A DNA stretch of 64,000 bases from Dimorphilus gyrociliatus. Lineage: Eukaryota > Animalia > Annelida. The notes under the pieces are model-generated. The model had not been told where the DNA came from. It saw only the letters and a list, made by a program, of their open reading frames with translations, and ran no database searches. The translations under genes and the position numbers were made by a program. Within the stretch, counting starts at the first letter, position 1. Each line of letters opens with the position of its first letter. This document shows positions 25,700 to 36,565 of the stretch, piece after piece. Location of the stretch: the NCBI GenBank assembly GCA_904063045.1, contig CAJFCJ010000007.1:3479404-3543403 (forward strand). Direction: 5' to 3'.

Positions 25700-27030
25700 T
25701 TAACATAACCAATACATTCATGTTTCTTTTTTACTAATATTAAAAAATTTGGAACAGACTAACCCCGTAAGTTATACAATAATAAGTTTACTATTGTCAC
25801 TGCCTTTTGTCATTCAAGTGATTTTTATAGCTTGGGTGTGCCAGTCAAAATTTCTTCTCAATTCTAAAATCCTTTCTATTAATAGTGTTTTACATTATCT
25901 ATTTAATTAAAACATGATTTTATTTCTAGGAAGTGGAAAAAGAAAATCAGAGGTTAGAGAAATTAAAGAGGTTAAGGGAAGAACAAGAAAAACAATGGAA
26001 AAAAGATTTACAAGATGCGGATGAGTGTGAGAAAATATATGAAACTGCTAAAGCTGGTGAGGAAAATGCAAATAGGGAGGCGGATAACGCTAGAGATAGA
26101 GCTAAAAGAACGGCTGATGACAATGAACGAAGAGAGGCGGAAGAGAGAGAACAGAGGGCTAGATTAAACGCTAAGGAAAATAGGAACAAGAAAATAAGAT
26201 ATAATCTGAAGGTAGCTGTGAAGAGAAGAGATAGAGAACGACTTCCGCCTGCTGTTGACGAGTTTAAGAAAGCAAAACTTCCCGATGATGATATGGATTT
26301 GGCAAAAGCTGAAAGATTATTGAGGGAGTTCCAAGCCAGAGACGGTTTACAAAAGGCTATGTCTCAAAGAGAATTGAAAGCATTGGAAAAGGCCATTGCG
26401 TACGTGAAAAGAAGTGGATTTGAAATGGAATTGGCTCATGAACTATTAGAAGCCAATCGTATATTACTCCAATTAAGAAGACTTGAGAGAATCCGAGCTG
26501 AAATCCTTGAACTTAAACAATCGACTGTGGCCGAAATAAGAAGTTATCAGAAACCGCCAGAGATTGTACACGTCGTTATGACTGGTACATTCCTAATTTT
26601 GGGTCATAAAGAGAAGGAGACTAAAGTTTGGAAAACAGTTCAGAGTCTTGTTGGTAAGACTGGAAAAGAAGGTCTCAAACGTAGGTGTTTAGAATGTAAC
26701 CCAGATAACATCAAAGATGAAGATGCAAAGAGGGCGAAGAAGTTAATGTCATCGTTTGATTTGGACGATGTTAGAGACGTTTCCGCTGGTGCAGCAACAT
26801 TTTACGTATGGTCTATGACAATGATTGAAGAAAAGCAAATTCGTATAGAGGCGAAGAAACGGGAAGCGGAAGAAAAGTTAAAAGAGCAGAAAGAACGAGA
26901 AGAAAAGGAGGAAGCTATTAAAAAACAAAGAGCAGAGGCGGCCAAAACACCAATAGACACACAAAAAAGTTTAGATAATAGCGAAACAAACCCTACAAAA
27001 ACTGATGAAAGTAACGAAACTGGGAATTAG
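24631..27030 (+). CDS. EF-hand + charged coiled-coil protein with C-terminal dynein-stalk microtubule-binding-domain-like region
   Basis: Two degenerate EF-hand loops (DKNFIGELTAEQ, DTENSDTISEEQ) and E/R/K-rich coiled-coil exons, followed by ELKQSTVAEIRSYQKPPEIVHVVM...W...DVRDVSAGAATFYVW. Introns at 24942-24999, ~25182-25232, ~25383-25446, 25520-25579 and 25636-25929. Confidence 0.8.
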
Positions 27031-27763
27031 TATAATGGCTGGTACATTAACATTCCTATATAGATGTAGAGCATTTTTTCAATTCTATCAATGTCTTCCA
27101 TTTTTCCAAGTTAAGCTTACTGCCTTGGTACTTTTCGAAATTCTTAAATATTTACCAATTTTTCTAATAAAATATTTATCGATTGGTTCTCTAATCCCCC
27201 CTCATTCAGAGTTAATTTGCATACCTTTATTATGTCGTAGTTAATACTTGGAATAAGTTATAGATGGAGATTTATCGTTTCTTTTCAAATGTTATGCAGA
27301 CGATTTTCGTAAAAGTACGGTCTTAACTCCTCACCGATTTTTTCCTCTTATTTTAAAGATAAAATCGAAATACGATTCTTTTAAAACTATAAATAATATT
27401 TATCATTCCTTGAACTTCATAATATCGAATATATAAGTTAAATTACGAAGTTAAATATTAATACGAAACTATCCCGTAAACCGGAAATAAATTCACGCGG
27501 AAAATTTTGCAAGGAGGGTCAGATTTGTAAGCTTTTATTCTTTAATTTATTGAAGTAATAAATCATTTTCTAATTGTAAAAAGTAAATAGTTGTTTATAT
27601 CATTGCATTCGTAGAATTGAAAGTTTACAAGGCTATCAAGAGAAAAAATATATAGGAACTTATAGGAAAATAGGATAAACATTTCATGTTAGGAAGCAAA
27701 AGTTTATTAATATCCTCTGTCAAGCCTTAAATCTCACTCAATTAACAGTTAAAGTTCGATAAA

Positions 27764-28198
27764 ATGGCATCGGAATTAAGCAAAAAAGAGATTCAAAAGA
27801 TAACTAATACGTTAGTGTGCCTTGCAAAGGGTACTGAAGGCTATCGCCTAAAAGTCCATCAACAGAATGGTGTAATCGCCGAAGGACTGGTGGATAAAGT
27901 GGACGGTTACATGAATTACGATATGAGAAATGTTCGCATTCAATTACCAAACGGTTCAATAGAAAATTTGGACCAAATGTTAATTAATTCAAGAAAGATA
28001 AAATATATAGAGATACCAAAAGAGATGAATATAAAAAGAACAATGGAAAATCAATTGAGAGTATTTAATAAGCCAGTGCAGAAGTACTTGGGAAAGAAGG
28101 GTACATCAAATCTTATGCAAAAGTTGAAAAGGATCGATGATGATGCTGATGATAATGATGATAATGATGATGATGATGATAATAACAATAAAAAATAA
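27764..28198 (+). CDS. LSM10: U7 snRNP Sm-like protein LSm10
   Basis: TNTLVCLAKGTEGYRLKVHQQNGVIAEGLVDKVDGYMN...LDQMLINSRKIKYIEIPKEMNIKRTMENQL aligns by eye with the Sm1/Sm2 motifs and the LSm10-specific tail. Asp-rich C-terminus. Confidence 0.85.
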   Translation: MASELSKKEIQKITNTLVCLAKGTEGYRLKVHQQNGVIAEGLVDKVDGYMNYDMRNVRIQLPNGSIENLDQMLINSRKIKYIEIPKEMNIKRTMENQLRVFNKPVQKYLGKKGTSNLMQKLKRIDDDADDNDDNDDDDDNNNKK

Positions 28199-28397
28199 TG
28201 ATAATATTGTTGTTGATGACTCTTAATTGTAATATTAAACATATTTGAATTTGTAGCAAAATATTCTATATATAGAAATCTAAAATAAATAAAGCTTTTC
28301 TTAGCTTAAGAGAACATAAAAAGCTAGTTTTTAAGGTAAAAACTATAATAATTAATAAAAAACTAAAATATGTTGAATTTATATTTTTCAGATTATA

Positions 28398-31300
28398 ATG
28401 AAAAAGTCAAAACAACCGACATTGGATTCATTTATGAAATTAACCAATAAAACACCAAAAACACCTTCTAATAATGATAATACTACTGATATCGATAACG
28501 ATGATATTATTGAATGTTCACCATTATTAAAAACTAAAGTAACTAAATTAAGTAAAGTTAGAAGTTTTAATGGAGCAGCAAATTTTAAAACATCATTAAA
28601 TGGCGAAACTTTAAAAAAGAAGAAAATGAACGATAAATGCCAAATTTTAAAAGAAAAAAGTCAGAAAGAAGTTAAAGAATTAATTAATAAGATAGCAACT
28701 AAAATGCAAGCTGTACCAATTAAAGAATGTAATATTGAAAGTGAAGATTTAAATGATATTTTACAAGATATTGATCCTACTCTTCAAGATAAAGTCATAA
28801 AGGTTAAAAAATTAATATTTTTACTTTCATATCTTTTAATCTAATTAATTATCTTCTCATCTTCTTTTTCCTTTTACATATTAGAAATCTAAAGAAGAAA
28901 CTTCTTCCTCTATGAAAAGTGACGCTCAAACGTCTATAAAAACGCCAAGAGAAAAGTTAAAAGTATTAATACTATTAAAAATAATAAATTCTTTTTAGTA
29001 AATTATTTTCCATTTAAGGAATTAAAACCGGTTAAAGTCAATATTAAGAAAAGGAAGGAGACGTCTTCCAGCGATATACCATTTAAATTTCCAAAAAAAG
29101 AGACGCAAATCGTTACTAAACGCGAACGAGTAAAGGGATACAATTCAAAGTGAGATATTCCTATTATATAATCAACGTTTTGGAATATATAATCCGAAAG
29201 GAAATATTTTGCAGTTGGAAAGAGAAGCTCTATAAACCATTAATGAAAACTAAGTGGAGAGTTACAAGTGTAAAGCAAGAGTAATTAAATACCAATATTT
29301 AATTATAATTATCTTTTACCGAGGACTTGACCTAATTACTCATACTTTCTTCTTTTAGAAAGATGTGTAAGATTCTAGAAGTTTCTCACTACTTGGAAGG
29401 AACTAACGAAACAATTGAACTCTTCGATTATTGGTACAGATAAACACTTTTAACTATTATTTTTTGATATAATGAATTAATAGTATCATTATTCCAATTA
29501 AGGGATGATAATACACCAGTTGGAGCAGGAGATATAATATGCGCTTATGGTGAAAAAGAATCGTGCGCAAAACCTATTAAAATTGATAAGAATCATGGTT
29601 TTGTGATCATTGATCCCGATCGTTTAATAAGCGTTACATCCGTTGTCGCGACGCGTAGATGTATGAGAAGGTTTGTATTTTAATTAGGTCACTAAAGATA
29701 TAATACAAATTTAATTTGATTCTCCTTCAATTTTTATAGACAAGTTTTAAAAGACATCTTCAAAGTTTGTACATTTCTTATTAATAGATACAATACATAA
29801 TAGATAATTCTATATCATTGTTTTTAATAGGAATATCCAATGCAAGACGGTAATAATGAACTTCCAAAATCAGCTCTATGCGGTTCTATTGTTCACGCAG
29901 TCTTTCAGAGAGTACGTAGAGGATGCTCGACAATCGTTTTACTTTAGGTAATTAACTAAGAAAATACTCTTTTCCTTTCGTAGGCCCTTGTCGAGAAGAG
30001 ATTTGATGAGAAAACCCTATTTTGGTTCTTGGAAAAAACAATTGGGAATTACTTAATTGATATGTTGGTTATAATTTAAATCATTATGAATTAATTAATA
30101 TATTTTCGCTTTTAAGGTACGCTCTTAATTTTGATGAGAACTTTTTAAGGGCCTGGTTTAAGCCTATGGCTGAGCAAATGAGAATATGGAATGGGAAATT
30201 TGTTAATAATCCATCAAATAAACCGAATATAAATCAAATAGTTGATATAGAAGAATGTATTTGGTCGCCAGAGATTGGTATGAGAGGTAAAATTGATGCT
30301 ACGGTTGAATGCGATGGAGAGATTACACCATTGGAATTAAAAACTGGTAAAGTTAAAAATAACGAAGAACACGATGGTCAAGTTGTTCTATATAATTATA
30401 TGCTTGGTTTAATAACGAGAAATGTAATTCAAACTGGCCTCCTTCTATACGTTAGAGATGGAAATCGTATGAAACAAGTTGAAAGTAAACACGCCTATAC
30501 AATGCGTATGTTAAATGATTAAGATAAATAGAACACAATCTATTTTAATTATATATTTCCTATAGATTTATTTCAAGCAAGAAATGAATTAGTTAAATGT
30601 TTAAAGAATGTTGAAACATATTTTCAACTACCTAAACCTATTGAAAATGATTTTATCTGCTCAAAATGCCCTCAAAATGTTACTTGTGGACTATTAGAAA
30701 GGAAATTAAATGGAGAAAATGCATCAAAATCACATATTCAATATTCAAATCATTTAAAAGATGAAGAAATTGATTTTACTATAAATTGGTTATATACTTT
30801 AAAAGATGAAGCAGATTTTAATAATAATTATTTAACTAAAATACTGAATGATCCTAATTCAACAAGGTCATGTTCATACGCAGGACTTAACTGCGTAAGT
30901 TGTAAGAAAGTTGATGAAAATTATATAATTGATTTTGTTCATGTTTCTCATGGGTATTTATTATTTATTATTTCAAATAATTACTGAATTGTTTTTCCTT
31001 TTTCTTCAGTTTAATCGATAGGAAATTATTAGATTTTGAAGAACAAGATTTATTGATTATTAGTACAGAATATCCAAATGCAAGATTATGTTTAGCAACT
31101 GGTAGACTATTGAAAATATCTTTGCAAACCATTCAAGTTATTATTGATAGGTATTAATAATTGCATTTTTTATTAGATATTAAAATCTCAATTCATTTTT
31201 AGGCAACTTGAAAGTGAACAAAATGGAATTTGTATTATTTATAGAATTGATAAAAGGGACTATTCACCTTCGTTACATTTTAGCGAGAGTCTATTACAAA

Positions 31301-32850
31301 TGATGACAGATACGCCGAAATATAAAAGATTAAGAGATCTTATTATTTATGGTTCACAACCTAATTTCGAATCTAAATTAACTAATGAAATGATTGAGAA
31401 AGGTAATAAATTTGTATTTATTGTTTGTTTATTTATTTTTTATCTCTCTCTCTCTCTCTCTCTTTTGTAATTAGTTCGAATTGCTAGCGGAAATGAGATA
31501 AACGAGAGACAGAAAGAGATTTTAGTCTATTCTGTATGTTGTCAAGATTATTTACTGGTTAACGGCTATCCTGGTACTGGAAAAACTACTATTATAGCTA
31601 AACTTGTCGCATTTCTGACGTCTCTCAATTACAAACTACTCTTATCAACGTATACAAACTCGGCTTTGGATAATATTTTCATTAAATTAAAGAAACATAA
31701 TGTTAAAGCTATACGATTGGGAAATAAATTTAAATGTCATCCGGATGTTACGCAATACGCTGAAGATGAAATTCTTAGGGAATGTTCATCCGTTCATAAT
31801 ATAAGAGATAGAATTAAAGATATACAAGTTTTTGGCGCAACAATGAACCATTTGGCTAGTTCACCAAAAATTATTCAACCTATTCATTTCGATTATGCCA
31901 TTATTGACGAAGCGTCGCAAGCAACTCTCCCAGCATGTTTAACGCCTATACTTAAAGCTGAAAAGTTTATCCTTGTTGGTGATATTAAACAATTGGCTCC
32001 CTTACTTATAAAAGGTTCCGGTGAGAGTCTCCTCGAAAGATTATCGGTATTTTGTCCAAACAATTGTAAAGTTGATATGGTTGAACAGTATAGAATGAAC
32101 GATGAAATCTTACAACTGAGCAATCAATTATACTATTCAAATAATTTACGATCTGGCAGTAAAGAAGTAGCTAATCAAACGTTACAATTATCCGGAAATA
32201 GTTTTGGTAATAAGGTTGAAGAATTTATTATAAATCCTAATCATTCGGTTTGTGCACTACTCACCGACGATTTAGGATTACAGGCAGCCGAATTTCAATA
32301 TTGCGCTGGTATTTTAAACAATTACGAAGCTGATATTGCAGTAGAAATAGCTAATAATTTAATAATGGTAAGCCATTTAACCATTTATTATATATATATA
32401 TATTTCATAGAGTTCTATCATCCTTATTGAACATTTCATTCCAACCTATAGAATGGACTAGACGCTCAAGATATTGGAATAATTACACCTTATACCTGTC
32501 AAGTTAAGTTAATTAAGGAAAAATTAGGTCCAAAAAGCGAAATTGAAGTTAAAACAATTGATCAATCTCAGGGAAGGGATAAAAATTGTATTATTTTATC
32601 GTTCGTAAGGGCAAGATGGACTTTGAATGAAGAGGGGAAAGAGAGCGATACTTGTCAGGAAAAAGTTAACGAGCAGGGACTGAGCGGAATCCTCTCGGAT
32701 GAGAAGAGGTTAAACGTATCGTTAACAAGAGCAAAATGTAAATTAATTATTATAGGAAATAAAGAAAAACTCTTATCCTATCTACCTTTTAAACGATTCT
32801 TTTCAATTTTGAAAGATAATCAAATATTTCGTCTAACTTCTAAAAATTAA
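28398..32850 (+). CDS. DNA2: DNA2 nuclease/helicase (multi-exon)
   Basis: RRCMRR, IWSPEIGMRGKIDAT, PLELKTGK, HDGQVVLY, Fe-S cysteines CSKCPQNVTC, Walker A GYPGTGKT, IIDEASQ, LVGDIKQL, QYRMN, TIDQSQGRDK, RLNVSLTRAK. Confidence 0.95.
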
Positions 32851-33490
32851 TTAATTAATTAATTAACTACTAAATATTATGCATGTTTATATTTGACCTT
32901 TTAACCTTTAATTTAATGAAATATAACGTATTAATTGTTTTTATTTTTACTCTTTTAATAATAAAACTATACCCGTTTAAACAGTTTTTTTTTAAAAGCT
33001 TTAATATAGATATATTGACGACTGTTTGATATTCCATCTTGTTCATATACTTCTCAACAGTTATCTTTTACAGTTTCTCAGTTAAAACTAACTAAAAAAA
33101 TTGAATCTTTTCAACTCTTGTAGGCCTAAGATCGGCTACATTTGCTAACTATATTTCAGCTAGACTAGCATACGGGTTCTAACTGCCAGGTACCGCGCAG
33201 TCCCGCGCAGTAGGTAGTTTAACCCTCAAGCTAATATTTTATTTTCTGCCGCTTGTAGTCTATTTATGAACTAAAAATGAATATGGTTACAAAAGCTGTG
33301 CAGGACAAAGGTAATGCAGTTGATTTTGCTTATTTTTTTATAAATAAAGTTAGGTATAATACTTGCGTTTGATACCGAGCGATATTAGGCGTTTTTACCC
33401 ACTCGACGTTCCCGCGTAAAGTATACGCTGCGTCGTTTATTGCTTAATTTTTGAGCATGATGCAATTTATTCGTTGTCGGTGATAGTGAT

Positions 33491-36203
33491 ATGACCTGTC
33501 CAACGCCTTCCTTTGATCTCTACGACGATTTGGTGTCGTTCGACCATTTGACAGAGGTTAGTTAAGTCTCTCTTGAACAGAGTTAGTTACTTCATCGGTT
33601 TTGTCTTGAAGGAAGCGGGTAAACTTGATAAGGCCGAATCGGAGATCACCAGTTTGAACGATCGATTAGAATATTTAACCAAACAAAATTCAGATTTAGT
33701 AGAAAAGAATCTTCTATTAAGGAAAAACATATCGAAATTATATAAAACTGCCAAGAAGGAAATCAAGCAAAAAAATGATGTAATTAGAGAGTAAGTGTTT
33801 TATTAAAAATCAACAAAGATACAATCTACTTATTAATAAATAACATATATAGTTTGAATGAGAAATTAGAAGAATTTGAGCGGAGAGAACGAGCAGATAG
33901 ATCCCACTCCAAATATTCAGATAGAAGACGACATAGTAGCAGAAGATCACCTATTCGGAATAATAAACGTTCTCCTACAAAATCTAGATCGCCTAAACGA
34001 TTTAGAGATAGATCAATATCGCCAAAATATAGTGGAAGAGATTGTAGACATTCCTCTAGATCGAATAGACACAGATATAGTCCTCGTACACCTAGTAGTG
34101 ACCTTAGGAAAGGGGAATCGAATAAATATCGTAAAAATGAGAAAAAAGACATCAGTATTAGTCAGAATTTTAGTGAATCCCTCGAAGATGGAGAAATAGC
34201 CGATAGCAAATACCCTTCGGTAAAGACTAAGAAAGAGGATAGAGCTGAACATTCAAAGAAGATTCCTCCCAATAAGCGTTTTGATAAAATAACCAGTCTT
34301 ACAGATGTTCAATCGTCCTCCAGCGATATTTGCGGTACAAGAGGTGATAAGAAAGCGGATGAATCTAATAAGAAAGAGAATAAACGAGATAAAAGGAATC
34401 TTAAACGATCTAGTCTAGAATCGGTGGTACGGGTAGTAACGCCGTTACAAGAGAGAAATGTTACAAATCATTCATATATTGATAAAAATAAATCCATACC
34501 TAGAAGTCGACAGAATAGCTGGGATAAAAATAACGATATTTTAAAAACTGGTAATGAAAATATCGCTAAAAGTACTACTAATCAAGTTGATAAGTTACCG
34601 TCAAATGAGAAAACTAATATTTCTCCTGATGCTGGGAAGCAAGACTTGAATAAAGTAACTGATATATCGAATGATAATAATGATAATGATGACAACCGCC
34701 ATGATAGGAAAACTTTACATTCTCACCTTCTCAAGAATACGGGACTAGGTAAGAAAGAATTGGACGCTAAAATGGAAGAGATTTCGCAAAGAAATGAAAA
34801 AATTATCAAAGAACAAGAGGACTATTGTATAACTAGCGATTATAAACAGGCTATGCACGCTGTTAGAACAATGGATAGGAATAATAGGAAGCGGAAGAGA
34901 CAAAGTTTAGATTTTTGTAAGAAGGACGATGAAGAACAATTAGAAGAGATAAACGATATTGTATCTATTCCTTCTGTACAATCTATTACTTCTTTGAATT
35001 CCAGTTTATCTACGCAAATAACTACAGTTGATAATATTATCGAATTAGCTCGTAAACAAACAAAAATCAATCAAGATAAATTAAAAACTTGTCGTAACGA
35101 ATCGAAAATGACGGATAGTAATTATTATTTAATTCCTATTAATTTACCACCTTGGTCAAGGGTCAAAATGCCGAAAATGGCTGAGAATAGGCCAAGGTCA
35201 CAAACGGCAAATATACCTGAAAATAGGATAGGGGATATTAAAGATCCAAGAATAAATCATTATCGTTTAAAATGTTCATTAACGGATATATTATTAACGA
35301 AAGATGATAATTTAAGAACATGTTGGGGATCGAAAGATACGCATTCAGATAATATTAAAGAGACGCTTGAAACGAGTCATCATTCAGAGATGGATATATC
35401 GAAGACGTCTTTTAATTCTTCGAAAAAGTCTACGGATAAGAGTCTGTCAATTTCCGCAGGCGAAGAGTTTGATGGAAAAATATGGTAAACAATATACAAA
35501 AACTAGCTTTTAAAGTCTTTTTAGATACGTTAAACTTGAAGATAGAGAGAAGCGTTTTTATTTTTAATTAGTAATAATTAATTAACTTTGTTTTTACGTA
35601 AACAACAAACATTAGCTATGTAAACATTTTCCATTCAGCTCTTCGAATAAGGAAGAAGGCTCAAGAACTAAACCGATTGATAGTAGTACACCGTTCTTCA
35701 AGCATAAGATAAACAACGACTTTGCAGTTGACGTCTCACCTGTAACATTTTCGGATTCGAAAAATTGTATGAAGGATAATTTTATGAAGCCTCCTCCTAC
35801 TAGAAATTTACCAATAATTAATCTATTCGGAACAAGAACAGATAAAATTGAACGCGCTAAAAGAACTTGTGTTGTTATTGAGGACTCTTCAATATCATCA
35901 TTACTCCATTGTCTCTTGGATTTTGCTGATAAATCATTAAAATTGAAGGATAATGATAATGATAGGAGAAATGATGATCTAGATAAGATGTTCGAGAGAG
36001 CTTTTCACATTTATAGTACTCCTGATAAAGATCTCTACCTTCCAAGATTAATTGGTGACGATACGAATACAACGTCACTATCTAACTGGCCAAATCATGA
36101 CTTTGTACCCCCAATGACCGACGATACAACTATATCGTCACCTTCAAAGTGCTTTGATAAATATATTAATAGAATGGCTTCGCTTTCCGATACAACTAAG
36201 TAA
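33491..36203 (+). CDS. CASP8AP2: FLASH / CASP8AP2-like histone pre-mRNA 3'-processing factor
   Basis: Spliced N-terminus MTCPTPSFDLYDDL...LTE|EAGK...KNISKLYKTAKKEIKQKNDVI matches the FLASH LDLY motif and the NISxLxKTAxxEI coiled coil. Introns at ~33557-33611, 33791-33852 and ~35485-35638. The rest is low-complexity. The start codon is uncertain. Confidence 0.78.
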
Positions 36204-36384
36204 AAACGTCTAGCCTTTTTTACTATATATCAGCGTATTGTCAAATTATATTGTAATATATCCTGTACCTTTTTTCCTTATCAATTATTAGACATAGTTA
36301 ACATTTTTGAATAGAAGGTCGAAAAAGTGAATATATATGTCAAAATAAATTTATATTAAAGTAATCTAAGGCCGCCTTTATTGT

Positions 36385-36418
36385 CTCTTCCTCCCCTCCC
36401 TCCTCTCTCTCGTCTCTC

Positions 36419-36469
<51 letters not shown>

Positions 36470-36482
36470 TCTCTCCCTCTCA
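36385..36482 (+). repeat. (CT)n microsatellite / polypyrimidine tract upstream of the WDR24 splice acceptor
   Basis: Seen directly. AG acceptor at 36541-36542. Confidence 0.9.
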
Positions 36483-36565
36483 TTCCTCCGTTTCTCGCTC
36501 CTGTTTTTTATGTTTTTTTGTTTCATTTCGCAGCCCCTTTAGGAACCTCTGAAAATCTTCAGACG

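Noticed and set aside
33140-33240. GC-rich patch as a tRNA or other structured RNA
   Set aside because: No cloverleaf or A/B boxes. Its position fits the FLASH promoter.
27030-36560. U7 snRNA gene near LSM10/FLASH
   Set aside because: I found no AATTTGTCTAG-type Sm site with a 3' hairpin by eye. An Infernal search would be needed to exclude a divergent copy.
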